This document shows positions 36,597-51,386 of a stretch of 64,000 nt of DNA, piece by piece. The position numbers and the translations under genes were made by a program. The notes beneath the pieces are model-generated. The model saw nothing but the letters and a program-made list of their open reading frames with translations, was not told the DNA's origin and did not search any database. The DNA is from Octopus vulgaris. Taxonomy: Eukaryota. The stretch spans positions 9,610,001 through 9,674,000 of the forward strand of contig OX597835.1 in NCBI GenBank assembly GCA_951406725.2, in the 5' to 3' direction. The stretch's first letter is position 1; every line of letters begins with the position of its first letter.

Positions 36597-38746
36597 TACT
36601 ATTGGGAATATTATGTTATGAATAATCTGAAGCGTCATTGAAATTTCATTGGAATTCTTTAAAGACCTACGATGAAGAGGGCTAAACGGTGCTGGCTCTA
36701 TACAGTGCCGGCGTAAGAATTCAGTGAAAATCCGCCTGGCAGAAAGAAACTGTTTATCATTGATTGATCCCTTGTTTAAGTATCGATATAGGGTTTAAAT
36801 CATTATTTGAGGCGATGGCTAATATATTTGCGTATGTCTCATTAACGATGGAATTCCGAAAATGATGGGGAGATGCCAAAAAAAAAAAAGAAAAGAGAGA
36901 GAAAGAGAAACAGAGAGAGAGAATAGTGTGAAGGATGTGATGGAAAAAGGGGATAGTATGAAATGGAAGAGAGAGAAAGATATTTGAGTTGACTGAATTA
37001 AAGGTGTTATTGGTGAAAAAGAAAGTGTTGAAAATGTGAAGGAGAGAACGAAGGAGAAAAATTGCAATTATGAACAGAGACAAACGGACAGACAAGCAGT
37101 CAGACAGACAGGAAGACATTGAAAGAGATGGACACAATAGACAGAGGTGATAGAGAACAATGGTTTTATAGGTAGAGATCTCATTTTCGCATCAACATCT
37201 TAGATTTCTGTTGTACTCGCTTTGATTCTACTTATTTTTTCTTTCTTTCTCTTCCACTGTTTCTCCGTATTCTTCTACATCAGCACCGAACCGAACCGTC
37301 TTTTATTACTCTCTCAGTTCGCAACTATTAACTAGATTCATTATATCTATCGTTTTTTCTCATCCATCAACGCCTATCACTATGAGAAACAAACAAAAAT
37401 TAAAAGTAGAAATAGGGAACGTTTGAAAGACGGCTTTGAAAGACTATGAATAAAAATAAATGAGAAGAAGAAAAAAATCAATTATAAGACAAAACGAATT
37501 AGATTGTCATATGTTCTCGCTGTATTTATTGTCCAGATTCTCTGCAACCATTTCCGATATTTAATTATAGAAACAGCATTAACCATGATGCTGTGTAGGG
37601 CTAGAGTTAGGAAGTAAGATCGAACGAGTAAAGAGCGCAAGTGAGTGTGTCTGTGTGTCTGTGCTGGCTGTGTCTGTATGTGTGGGTAAAGTGTGGAGTG
37701 CGCAGGTAGGTGAAAATCTATACTTCGCCACTCCAACGCCGTAGAGACTAACATAGAACCTACAACATACATTAACAATCAATATACCTATAAAAGATTT
37801 TAGCATATTCAGTAACTCTACCACGATCACCACAAACAGAATGAAGAACGTACAATGATAACGAAGATACGAACAATAACAACAACGAAAGCAACGACAA
37901 CAACAACAACAACAACAACCACAACCAACTACACTACAATTGATCTTGTCACGTATAAGCAGAGATATCAAATCTCTGCCAACTCCGCGCTCGACCGCCT
38001 CCTGCAGCATCCAATGCGAACATTACATCATTTCATCGTAATCAAGAACTATCATAAATCCATTCGCTATTACCTCTGACACGACCACTAACATCATCGG
38101 ATCCACTGTGACTATCACTACCACTGTACATCAACCAGATCTACATCGGTAAACAGCAGTGCTAGCAGCACCAACGTGACATTTTATTCTGTTCGTCATT
38201 ATTATCACCACAAAGCATTAATAGCTTTAAAAATTTCTCTCCAACGGTGATCAAACGAACTTTAATATTTTTTCTTCTGATGATGATTTTGCAAAAATCA
38301 TGCATAAAATTTCAGCAAAATAAATTCTGCTCTTATTATATATGTATTCGTATATTTAGTTTTTTTGGCTTTTTATCTTATAATTTTTCAATTAAAATGC
38401 TGTACAATAAAGTTGGTGGAGAAGCATGTCCATTCTTTCTTATATACTGGAATAAAAAAGAAAGTGCGATCGAGTGGTAAATCTATTGACGGTTTTGCGT
38501 TGAGATTTGATTCGATTTTAGCTTGGGAAATGTTCTTGTAAGAGTTTAACATGGTTGGATCAAAGAGCATTGGATTAAAGAGCGAGGACTAGTTTCCACG
38601 GTTCCGAAGTTGTCTATATTTAGCAACACTTCACTGGCAGACGAACATGTATTTATATATTTAACTGTTTATCTATTCAATTATTTCATCTCAGAACTTG
38701 TTAACATTAGCGTTGTTGGTTACAGGTTTTCAACAATGGACTCTTA

Positions 38747-38915
38747 TATGTATGTATATGCCTACAGAGTGCTATGTGTGAATTGTCACCATTTTATATT
38801 TTCAGTTTCGCGTATGAGAATTGATTGGATTTGAATTTGTCGACTACACAGTATAATAGTGTCTTTTGGACACTGTCTGTGAGTAAAACATCAGCATGAC
38901 ACAATTCACTCCGCA
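38747..38915 (+). repeat. Local duplicate of the left end and flank of the DD37D element at 40403
   Basis: Matches 40385-40553, including flank TATGTATGTATATGCC outside the TIR. Confidence 0.9.
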
Positions 38916-39806
38916 TTCGAGTGAGCCGGAAAGTAGCGAGAATAAATATGCATGTCATCGTTTTTAATAAATATTTTCTAAAACTATATTCATAACAGCT
39001 CAAGATAACGAAAAAAAACCAGAGAAGACCGGACGAATAATAACGTTACTCAGCAATTTTATACATCTTTATATTAGCAAGATGGATCACAGCACACAAG
39101 TGAAGAAATACGCAGTTTTTCCTTCATTTTTTTCTGACAACGGACTCTTAATTTATTAATACGGACTTACATGCACATATTTACCAATGTGTGTGTGCGT
39201 GTGTGCGTGTGTGTGCATGTGTGTGTACACACACACATACACACATATACATTTATATACTTATACATATACGTATTTGTGTGTGCGCAGAGTGATGGCG
39301 TCCAACGCACTTCCGCTCACAGCTGCTCTTCAATTACAAAAATTTGAAACTGAAAGGTTGAGTTAAAATATTAATAAAACGTCTTAGAATATCTCCCGTC
39401 GGTTTATCAGCATTATACGTCGCTGTTTAAGTTCGGAAACTTGTGCTGCATCACGGGTTCGAAAGCAAGGCTTCGAGATCTAAAAATTCAAGCGTGCCAA
39501 TACTTGTTCAGATTTAAAATAGAGATTTCTACAGAATTGAAAGACTGGCATTCTGAGTATAATTCAATAATTGTTTGAAGAATGGTTTCTTTCACAGCAT
39601 TAATGGGGATTAATGGTTTCATTAATGCTGGACCGATTCACGTCGAAACTGGCGTCAGCTGATTGATATTTAATCCAGCTTTGTATAAAATTATGAGACA
39701 CCGCATTGAGTTGTCAGTAGCTTAAAATTAGCCTATCTCATACACACATACATGTATATGATCACAAACATATAAGTGAGTGTGTATGTGTGTGTGTGTG
39801 TTTACG

Positions 39807-39861
<55 letters not shown>

Positions 39862-39869
39862 AAATAATA

Positions 39870-40038
39870 TTATTTTTGACTTTTTATTAAAATTTTATGT
39901 ATTGATTAAGTCTTTCCTTGTTTGTTTTGCAAAATAGTGGTTTTGTCTCTAATAATATTATTTAATATTTTACTATAAAATTGGATTTAATCCTAAATCT
40001 GATTTTTTCCCTGTAAATTTGGATTTATTCCCTAATAT
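39870..40038 (+). mobile_element. Family P1 fragment between (TA)n tracts
   Basis: Reverse complement of 16940-17100-type sequence. Confidence 0.75.
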
Positions 40039-40039
40039 T

Positions 40040-40149
<110 letters not shown>

Positions 40150-40159
40150 GTATATATAT

Positions 40160-40366
40160 AAATTTAATCCAAACAAGAAAGCACAAATAAAACGCAACAA
40201 CGCGAGGACGTGGAACAAATATAACATTATTGGACGCTCAGGAAAGAAGGAGGGTTTAACGTTTCGAGCGGAGCTCTTCGTCGGAAACATAGGAGAAGGA
40301 AAGATCTAGAGAAGGGAAGATAGAGGAAAAAAATCGCCAACGGTACACACGAGGTCACATTTTGAA
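40160..40366 (-). mobile_element. P2-related element with hammerhead motif at 40254-40288 (core CCGACGA)
   Basis: Minus: GUUU-CCGACGA-A-GAGC-ucc-GCUC-GAAA-CG-UU|AAAC; shares the CGCTCAGGAAA segment with P2. Confidence 0.7.
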
Positions 40367-40402
40367 AGTATGTATGTATGTATGTATGTATGTATATGCC
40401 TA

Positions 40403-41263
40403 CAGAGTGCTATGTGTGAATTGTTACCATTTTATATTTTCAGTTTCGCGTATGAGAATTGATTGCTTTTGAATTTGTCGACTACACAGTATAATAGTGT
40501 CTTTTGGACACAGTCTGTGAGTAAAACATCAGCATGACACAATTCACTCCGCAAGAATTTTGGAAACGACATGCACTACTGCTTCACATGACCGCCGGAA
40601 GCTCCAATACGAACATTTCAGAGTGTTTGGGTGTCAATCTCAAGACAGAGTTATCTGAGGACATGTACTGAGCGTGATATAAATCAACCACCCAGTCAAC
40701 ACCATGGTGTTTGTAGTGATCACTAGTAATGGCGACGTTAAATCTCGATTCATCTTTCCACACGGGCTCCGACTCAATACGGGAGGCCTACAACAAACGC
40801 AAGGAGGAGGTGATACTGCTCTGGGTCAAGGGAATGGCTACTGGGACACTCTATGTCTGGCAACAGAACACTGCACCATTTCACACAATCAGCAGAACCC
40901 AGTCATGGCTGTCAGACAATTTCTGGCGCCACATCACCCATAACATCTGGCCACCTAACTCCGCAGACTGCAACAGCTTTGATTATTATGTGTGGTACGC
41001 AGTTGAGTGAGTGACCAGTAAAACTCCTTGTAATACCAAAGATGGCAGCATTCACCAACTTAAAGAAGGAGGCCGTCCAGGAGATTTGCAGGAGATTCCG
41101 AAGTCGTATGGAAGCCATGGTTGAGCTAATGGCAATTTTATTGAATATATTTACTCCTTAGTATTTCAAGATATTTTTATCTAATTTTGGTAAATATATG
41201 TTAAAATGAGATGTCAGTGATATTTTCATTTCATTTAGACAACAATATATTCATCGCACACTG
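40403..41263 (+). mobile_element. Internally deleted DD37D (maT-type) Tc1/mariner transposon
   Basis: TA-CAGAGTGCTATG ... CATCGCACACTG-TA; translation YVWQQ(N)TAPFHT...WPPNSADCNSFDYYVW has 37 residues between the second catalytic position (D to N) and the last D. Confidence 0.88.
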
Positions 41264-41324
41264 TATACACACACACACACACACACCACACACACACACA
41301 CAAACACCACACACACACACATAA

Positions 41325-41385
<61 letters not shown>

Positions 41386-41428
41386 TAGATACATACATAC
41401 ATACATAGATACATAGATACATAGATAC

Positions 41429-41515
<87 letters not shown>

Positions 41516-41520
41516 TATAA

Positions 41521-41964
41521 ACCCTAGTGAAACAAAATTTTGTCGTTACTGTTGAGGTACTAGCAGAAAAGCTTGGATTTGGTAATTTAACCATTCATCG
41601 ACACCAGCGCTTTTGTTTCAAGACGAAAGGTGTTCTTCCAACAGGATAATGCTCGAACACATACAGCGAGGATGACATTCCAAAGACTGGAGCAGTTTGA
41701 ATGGGAAACCCACCATATTCACCGGACATTGCCCCATCTGATTATCATTTATGAATTGTGTAGAGGACATCGGAACAGGACTGGAGGGTAATTTTTTTGT
41801 CACGGACAAGTGAATTTTGGAAGTGAGGCCTTGCATATCTACGAGATAGATGGAAGTGCATTGTAAGAAGCGAAGAATATGTTAGATTAAAAAAAAGACT
41901 TCATCTTACTTTTGAAAAATAAAAGAAGTATAAAAAAAGCCTCATTATTTATGGGACGAACCAA
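41521..41964 (+). mobile_element. Mariner DD34D-type remnant with right TIR
   Basis: VFFQQDNARTHTA...FEWE / PPYSPDIAPSDYHL; end ATTATTTATGGGACGAACCAA-TA; a similar TIR fragment lies at 14433-14455. Confidence 0.88.
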
Positions 41965-42110
41965 TATAAATCATGTAACTATAAGAGTTGTATATAAGAT
42001 ATATATATCTGATATAAACACAATTTATATGTTCAAGTTTTTGCATACAAATATGCAAGACATCTGTAATATACAAATATATATTACAGATGTAATGTAA
42101 ATATGTATAC

Positions 42111-42210
<100 letters not shown>

Positions 42211-42212
42211 CG

Positions 42213-42247
<35 letters not shown>

Positions 42248-42298
42248 GTATGTATATATATATGTATATATATATATGTATATATATATATATACATA

Positions 42299-42374
<76 letters not shown>

Positions 42375-42680
42375 GAAGAAAGAGATAAAAGGGAGAGGAG
42401 GAGACAGTGAGAGCGTGAAAATAAGATCGATGCGTCACATTCTGTGACTATGATGTAACTTTGAAAGATGTAAAGCAAACAGCCCCTTCATCTGTCATAT
42501 CACATTACGTCACTCTATTACAAAGTGCAATATATCAATTGAGCTGCGACTGGATATATTAAAATATTTTTAGATTAAAAAGCGAGATATATAAGAATAT
42601 CGATTTTTCCTTCACACATACAAGCAACCACTTGCAACGCATGCTCATATATATGATAATAATAATATTAACATTAATAA

Positions 42681-42722
<42 letters not shown>

Positions 42723-42768
42723 CATACACACACACATACATACATACATACATACATACATACATACA

Positions 42769-42800
<32 letters not shown>

Positions 42801-42914
42801 GATATAGCTATGGATGTAAATATAGATTAATATATACATATGCTCATGCGTATATGAATATCTGTGTATGCCAATATGCATATATACATATGTGTGTGTG
42901 TTTTTTTGTTTATG

Positions 42915-43620
42915 GTATTTCGTCAGTTGCGACGACGACGGTTCCAGTAGATCAGAGCAACGAAACGGTTTGCACGTGACATTAACTTGTAAGTGCGTGA
43001 GCACTGAGCAGACACGTGTACCCTTAACGTAGTTCTCAGTGACATTCAGCGTGACACAGAGGGTGACAAGGTTGGCACGTTTGAAATAGAGGTACAATTC
43101 ATTTTTTGCAAGCTGTATGGACTGCGGCAACGGGAAGTAAAGTGTCTTGCTGAAGGAGGTGGAGGCGCAATGGCCCAGTGGTTAGGTCAGCGGACTCGAG
43201 GTTTCGATTCCCAGACCGGGAGTTGTGAGTGTTTATTTAGAGAAAACACCTAAAGCTCCACGAGTCTCCGGCAGGGTGTGGTGGCGATCCCTGCTGTACT
43301 CTTTCACCACAACTTTCTCTCACTCTTACTTCCTGTTTCTGTTGTACCTGTATTTCAACGGGCTGGCCTTGTCACTCTCTGTGTCACGCTGAATATCCCC
43401 GAGAACTACGTTAAGAGTACACGTGTCTGTGGAGTGCTCAGCCACTTACACGTTAATTTCACGAGCAGGCTGGTCCGTTGATTCGGATCAACCGGAACCC
43501 TCATCGTCGTTACCGATGGAGTGCTTCCTCCTCTCTTGCTGAAGGACAAAACGCGTCGCCGGAAATTGAATTCAAGAACCTTAAGATCATAAGCCGAATA
43601 CCCCTAACCAGTAATTCACG
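42915..43620 (-). mobile_element. Old SINE (head D + tail X) split by a younger SINE
   Basis: Tail 42915-43100 and head 43547-43620 join across the TSD TCTTGCTGAAGGA. Confidence 0.7.
43158..43533 (+). mobile_element. Full-length SINE head C + tail X with 13 bp TSD
   Basis: TSD TCTTGCTGAAGGA at 43145-43157 and 43534-43546. Confidence 0.92.
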
Positions 43621-43670
43621 CGCTTTCACACAGACACACAAACACACCCACGCACACACACATATGTATG

Positions 43671-44074
<404 letters not shown>

Positions 44075-44148
44075 CACAATTATAAACATATGTTGATGTC
44101 TTTCCTGCTATGAAAATTAATATTGACGTATCAATTAGAATTGATGTT

Positions 44149-44375
44149 GAGGAGAAGGAGGTGAAGGAGAAGAAGAAGAAGAAGAAGAAGAAGAAGAAGA
44201 AGAAGAAGACGAAGAAGAAGAGGAAGAAGAAGAAGGAGAAGAAGAAGAAAGAGGAGAAGGAGGAAACGAAGAAGGAGGTGCAGGAGGAGAGATGAAGGAG
44301 AAAGTGGAGTTGGGAGGAGATGAAGGAGAGGTGATGTAGGAGGAAGAGGAAGAGAGGAGGAGATGAAGAAGAAAA
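44149..44375. repeat. (GAA)n/(GGA)n purine-rich microsatellite
   Basis: Directly visible. Confidence 0.9.
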
Positions 44376-45344
44376 GTAACGTAGGAAAAAACATTGTATA
44401 AAGTAATATAATGAATAATTAATTGCAGCATTTTTTATATTTTTTAAGAAATAACAAATAAAATATAAAAGGTATGAGATGAAAAATTTGGCCATTCGAA
44501 AAGCAGTCAAAGTTCTTGGAAACTGATGTGGCTGGAGTAGAGAGCGATGTTGTGAAAAGAATGGTTTTATGATGATAGGGAAATGTGAGAATGTGATGAG
44601 AACAGCTCAGGTAAAGAAATATATGATCAAAATTCAAGACAATAAATTGATATCCTTGTCAAAAATGGAATATGGCGGTCGTTTGGTCTTCAAGAAAACG
44701 AAGTCAATTAACATCTTATCAGCTTCTGAAAAGGAAATTAGCTTCAGTCGAACAGGATAGAACGGCCAAAAGGTGAAATGTGTGTTTGAGCTAATCTGGT
44801 GCCATGTCGAACAACAAAGAACCTCGGGGTGACAAAACACACAAATCCAAGGAGATCAGAGTTAAATAGGAAATGCTGTCAGTATTGCAGGAGGATGTGC
44901 ATCACGGTGCCCAGGGCATCGGGACCAACAGCTAGTTTCCTATTAAATATAGTAAAGTATCAGCGAAGGGGACAGCGCAATGCATCAGAAACAAAATTAG
45001 TTTATGAAAGAGGATATTCTAACAAGACCGTGATTAATACAACGTAATATATCTTTTGATAACATTTATAAATGTACCCTGGCATAGGCTTATTGTACAT
45101 ACATATATCTACACATATATACATAGATATTATATATATAGACATAGATATACATATACATGCATATGTATATATGTATATATCTGTATGTACATATATA
45201 TGCATATGTATATATGTGTGTGTATGCATATGTATGTATATGTGTGTATGTGTGTATGTGAGTGTATATAAATGTGTGTGTGTATTTCCGTGTAAGCGAA
45301 GCACAAGATGTATTAATTTATGTAGCTGAACACATTATGTATAG

Positions 45345-45389
<45 letters not shown>

Positions 45390-45600
45390 TCTTTTTGTGT
45401 CACTGTTTGTCTCCCCATTATCGCTTGACAACCATGTTGATGTATTTAGGTCCCCGTAGCTTAGCGGTTTGGCAAAAGTGACCGATAGAATAAGCCCTGG
45501 GGTCGATTTGTTCGACTAACTCTGCATGGCTGCAGTAAAAAAAAACTGAAACAAACAAAAGAATAAAAGAACATATATACATATATATATATATATATAT

Positions 45601-45717
45601 ATCACCGTGACCATCACCGTGACCGGCCAGGCTATCAGATGTTGCTACACATCGCTGGTCACAATGCGCTTCGCATTGTTTTAGCCTTCGAATGACGCCA
45701 CCTCGCTGGCTAAGCGA
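45601..45717 (-). mobile_element. Tail Y-only retroposon fragment in (TA)n
   Basis: Reverse complement of 49757-49871. Confidence 0.85.
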
Positions 45718-45721
45718 TATA

Positions 45722-45761
<40 letters not shown>

Positions 45762-47407
45762 CATACATACAGTGTGTGTGTGTGTGTGTGTGTGTCTATC
45801 GGTATAATGAGAAAAACAAAACAATAAGATTCAGTGAGATAGATACAAAGGAGGGAGAAAGAGAGAGAGAGGGAGAGAGAGAGAGGAGTGGGGAGTGAGT
45901 AAGGGAGGTGGTAAGAGGGAGGTAGGGATATTCAACATTTAAAAATTGCTTCGGCTGCACTTTATATAATTCGATTCACTTGTCATTAAGACCAAATTAA
46001 TGGAAGCATAAACAAAGCGATGTTATCGCAAACAATTAGGTTTAGAGACGGAGAATTAATAGATAATATGATATACGAAACCAATATAGTGTAGGAAATA
46101 TTTATAAAGGTTATCGTGAACTAATAAAACAGGCAGTGATCAAATAATTGATACGCAAGTTAATATATATTAGTAATCGTATTGCGAACACACATTCTGC
46201 ATAGCGATCTATATTGTACGTATACATACATGCACACACACACACTGTTTCATTGTTGAGTGATGCATGATAATGCGATACGCAAATGAAACAAAAGCAA
46301 TGAATTCTTGGAGTAAAATGGAAAAAATTGTCGGTATCAATATAGATTCAATACAGATATATGGATTTTTTTTTTTATAGAATGTAAAATAGTCGCAGGT
46401 GGCGATGAGAAAAAATAATTTCGTAATTTCTAGTTGGAACAATGCAAAAACAAAAGATATACTCCATTAAGTGATTTCTAAAATTTCTTGCTTGGAAATC
46501 TGATAAAGTATTATAAAAACCCCATGACACATTAAATATTGCATCATCACTTTTTATCATATGATTTGATGAAGGTGAAAACGCTTCAACGATGAGTCTT
46601 TACAACAGCACAGAGATACGTAGCAGAAAGAAGTCACCTTCATACAGGAGACGAATACTGAATGCCTACAAGAGCCCCATAATCTGGGTGCCCGTATTAA
46701 TCGTTATACACGATGCCACTTATAGATCAATAGAGACGTTACAACATTACACTCTATCCCAAGTTTATTGAACATAACTGAACATACTACAATGGGTTGA
46801 ATGTAGAAACTCAAAAGAAGAACCAGATCGAAATGCTATACTTTCTGGTACTTCATTGCCAGTAAAGAGCTAGCCTCTAGCATTTGGAAATGTCTGACTA
46901 ACTTCGTGATGAAAGAAAAATAATTCCGGTAAATCTCAAGTGTATAGCATTTATAGGCTGTCTAACCTAGATATATAGTATGGAATTAAATGAAACTCAA
47001 ATATCCAGGAGTTGTAACATAGACTTCTAATTACAGAGAGGGATTCAGTTCCCCGTTAACGCTGAAGAAACCCCGGCCAACACTGAAAATTATTTAGATT
47101 CGCCGGAAGCGTTTGTTTATTGTTTATTCTTTCTCATCACCATAGCAACTGAAAGGTCGTCCTTATTGTCTAAACTTTTAGTTGTCATTTTTGCTGTTTA
47201 CGACACGTTTAAAACATTTAGAGCTTAAGGTAGCAAAGAAGGTTTTTATGTCAAATCAATAAATGGGATAAAAGAATATATGGTGTAAAATAAAAGTTGC
47301 ACACACACACACACATACACACACACACACACATACATATGTATGTATGTGTATGTATGTATGTATGTATGCATGTATGTATGTATGTATGTATGTATGT
47401 ATGTATG

Positions 47408-47438
<31 letters not shown>

Positions 47439-48914
47439 GTATAGGCGGCGAACTAGCAGACACGTTAGCGCGCCGGGCGAAATACTATTTTGTATCTTCG
47501 AGATGAAATTTTAGTTTTAATCGTTTCGAGTCAGTTCGGTGTAATTTACGATTTATGTATTGCTGCTTATTGTATCAACAATTAAGCGTCTTCGGCACAT
47601 CGGAAACTGCTAAAAATAGCAGTCAAATATAATCGCCATAACACAGCAAACTGTTTTGGAAAAAGTACAAAGGTGATTCATAAAGTAATTATAGATAGGT
47701 GTGGGAGTGGGTGTGTGGTAAGTAGCTTGCTTACCAACCAGATCAGGCTTTCAAACGTAACAGCCGCGATAGTTGAGGGATTACTATTCAAAAAGAGAAA
47801 CGGAAATATATATGAGGAATATATACTGTAAACTAATAGGGGTGTATATATATTTATATATACGATGGGTAGCTATACTGTAAAACAGTATTCATCAGCG
47901 TTAGACGTAATATTATATTCGGAAATCTAAGCAGCAAAGACAATCGACAATATTAATGCTATATTTGTTGTAATATCTCAATAGACTTTGCCCGAATAAG
48001 ACATAATAGTCTCTGATTGACATATTTCCATCAGATCCACAATATATATATTCTAATAATTACTGGCGTTGCTCTAAAAACGAGTGTGTATAATGGCTAG
48101 GCCACCATGCTTAAAACAAAGAAACGGAAGTGGTCTAAGAGTTCACTGGCCATCTAATATCTCTCATTTTATTATAGATCAGAATAATTGCTTGTGTCAG
48201 TTATAGAAAACACATTAATGATAAATTAACACATTCCTCTTTATATTCTGTGTATTTATCTTTTTGATTGATTGTGTAGAAACACATTTCGGTTTGAAGA
48301 CGAAAATAATGTCCATTACAGTTGGGTATATTCCACGAGTGTCTTATCTCACAGACATTTAATCCCACATTTCAGTTTGTTATGGATCCATTAAGTATTG
48401 TTTTAAAGTTTGTAGCAAGTGTGTAGAAGGACAAGTTAACCAATTTTTATTATGATAGGCTTTAGATAAGTGGTATCCTATTACACGGTTATTCTACGAC
48501 TCTGTTGGGAACCGGAACACTTAATTGCCCTAATGGTTGTAAATATATTTACTAGGATTAGTGGCAGCCAAAGATGATTCATACATTATAGACGCGAGTG
48601 AAATCCGATAAAATAATACAGCAATTAGTGTCAGGAGAACATGCAGGTATCTGGGTATCAAAGAGGAACATTAGATGGAAAATAATGGAAATTAACTGAA
48701 ATAAATACAACATCACATCGGAATAATCAGAGATCAGAACAATCAAAAACGTGAACTGAGTTCGATAATAAGCGATCGATGCACTGACAGTGTCTCACAG
48801 GCAAAAATTAAAGCTGCGTTTTATTGTTATAAATTGAAGCTTGGCAGTCAACAAATACATACAGATGGCAACAAAGTTCGCATTACGTAAACTCCATCGA
48901 TCGATGACTGTGGC

Positions 48915-48955
48915 ACTTACCTGCAAAGAAAAAAGAAGAAATATATCGTTATTGC
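48915..48955 (-). promoter_or_regulatory. Candidate recursive splice site (3'SS immediately followed by 5'SS)
   Basis: Minus strand: GCAATAACGATATA-TTTCTTCTTTTTTCTTT-GCAG|GTAAGT, junction 48921/48920, in a repeat-poor stretch. Confidence 0.55.
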
Positions 48956-49560
48956 AACTGTTTGTAAACGAAAATAAAAGAAAAGGAAAATAAAAAAGTA
49001 TATATATGTAAATGTAACACAACAAAAATATATTCAGTAAAATCCATAAGACTAGGAATTGATAAACAGATACATTAAACATCAACATAAAACAAGCGCA
49101 AATACCAGAAATACGGAAGTTTGTGACAACTGAAGAAAACAGGAAAACATACATTCAGTGTGTGATATCTTAAAATCCATTACATTCGAAAAGAAAATTT
49201 GGTTTAAAATCACAGCAGGAAACAGATTTAAAATTGAAATTAGAACATAAATTTTAAAGTAATTTCAATTTATCCTGCGTTGTTCAGATTTTCTTGGCCT
49301 GCGGTGTTCAGTTCAATTGTTTCAGCGGGTAAACTTGTATGTGATATACTATAATTATATTCTGGAAGTTATACATCAGCCATTCTAAGAACTCCACTTC
49401 TCAATCATTGAGATTTTTTTTCTTTAATGATCAGTAAAATAAAAAATTCGGGAACGTGTAGAAGCTGCCAGTGTATAAATAAATTATATTTCCAGCATTT
49501 TGGTTGTGAAAAGAAAAAAATATCCTGTAACAAATACTTCGTAATATATTGAATCAAAAT

Positions 49561-49871
49561 GGAGGCGCAATGGCCCAGTGGTTAGGGCAGCAGACTCGCG
49601 GTTGAAGGATCGCGGTTTCGATTCCCAGACCGGGCGTTGTGAGTATTTATTGAGCGAAAACACCTAAAGCTCCACAAGGCTCCGGCAGGGGTGGTGGCGA
49701 TCCTTACTGTACTCTTTCGCCACAACTTTCTCTCACGCTTTCTTCTGTAGGCCTGCTCGCTTAGCCAGCGGGGTGGCGTCATTTGAAGGCTAAAACAATG
49801 CGAAGCGCATTGTGACCAGCGATGTGTAGCAACATCTGATAGCCTGGTCGGTCACGGTGATCACGGTGATA
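49561..49871 (+). mobile_element. SINE head C + tail Y
   Basis: Same head as 43158 to ~49740, then an unrelated tail ending (TCACGGTGA)2. Confidence 0.9.
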
Positions 49872-49885
49872 CTGAATCAAAATAA

Positions 49886-50090
49886 GGCGGAGCGTTGGCA
49901 CAATCGTTAGCACGCCAGACGAAATACGCAGCAGCATTTCGTCCACTTTTAAATTCTGGGTACAAATTCCACCGAGGCCGACTTTGCCTTTCATCCCGTC
50001 GGGGTCGATAAAATAAGAACCAGTAGAATACTGAGGCTGATGTAATTGACTCAACCGAAATACTGGCCTTGTGCGAGAATTTGAGACCAA
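49886..50090 (+). mobile_element. SINE family A (tail 3)
   Basis: Head, GCCTTTCATCC core and GGCCTTGTGC..AATTTGAGACC tail. Confidence 0.8.
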
Positions 50091-50197
50091 TGTATTAAAC
50101 CAAAATATGCTGTTGTTAGTGGTATTGCGGCCGTCTCTATGTTGTGCGTTCAAATTCCGCCGAGGTCGACTTTGCCCGTCATCCTTTCGGAGTCGAT

Positions 50198-50547
50198 AAG
50201 TCAACCTGGGAGAAATTTGAATATAGCGCGTAAAGTCGGACGAAATGCCATAATGCATTTTCCCCGGCATGTTAATGATTCTGCCAGCTCACCGACTTAT
50301 ATCTGGCCTATCTGTTATGTTTCATTTGTTTCAGTCATTCAATTGTGGCCATGCTGGAGCTCCGCCTTGAGGAACTTCACTCGAGTGAATGGACCCCACT
50401 TCTTTTTTCTAAGTTTAGTACTCATTCTATCAGTTCTTTTGCCGAACCGCTAAGTCTGTATGATACGGGATCATAAACACAATGACACCAGTTGACAAGC
50501 CGTGGTGAGGACAAATACAGGCACAAAGACACGCGTACATATATATA

Positions 50548-50593
<46 letters not shown>

Positions 50594-51355
50594 CGGGCTT
50601 CTTTCAGTTTCCGTCTACCAAATCCATTTACAAGGCTTTGGTCGGCCCAAGGCTATAGTCGAAGACGCTAACCCAAGGTGTCACGCAGTAAGGCTAAGCC
50701 TGAAACTTTGTGGTTGGGAAGCAAACTTAATGCCATGCAAAATATTTTGTATTTCTCATGTCATGAAAATGTACTTCTCATAACAAATTGCAAACAAATT
50801 CCTAACTGTGCAAATAAGTACCAGCTGCAGACTGGGTTCCTTGTAATCGATTTATCTCCAATGTTCGATATATTAATGCTTATTACTGCATAATAATGTA
50901 GTACAGTAAGTCAAAATGTATAAACATGAGCTCCGTTTACAGAAGCGAAGTAAATGACAAAGGAGTCACACTAACGACTTAGCTGTTAAAATAAACACGA
51001 CAATCACAAGAATCTGTTGGTTATTGATTATAATTAATCCGCTAAAGACTAAGACATCTTTCCTGCCAAGACAGACGTGCATTTCTGAGAAAGTGGCAAT
51101 AAAAGAATTTATGATATTATCACAAGGTATTATTGGTACAGTTAGAAATTTGTTTGCAATTTGTTATGAGAAGTACATTTTCATGACATGAGAAATACAA
51201 AATATTTTGCATGGTTATTAAGTTTGCTTCCCAACCACAAAGTTTCAGGGTTAGCCTTACTGCGTGACACCTTGGGTTAACGTCTTCAACTATAGCCTTG
51301 GGCCGACCAAAGCCTTGTAAATGGATTTGGTAGAGGGAAACTGAAAGAAGCCCGT

Positions 51356-51386
<31 letters not shown>

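Noticed and set aside
49561-49640. Possible tRNA gene
   Set aside because: A and B boxes are present but there is no complete cloverleaf, and the sequence continues into a multi-copy SINE body.
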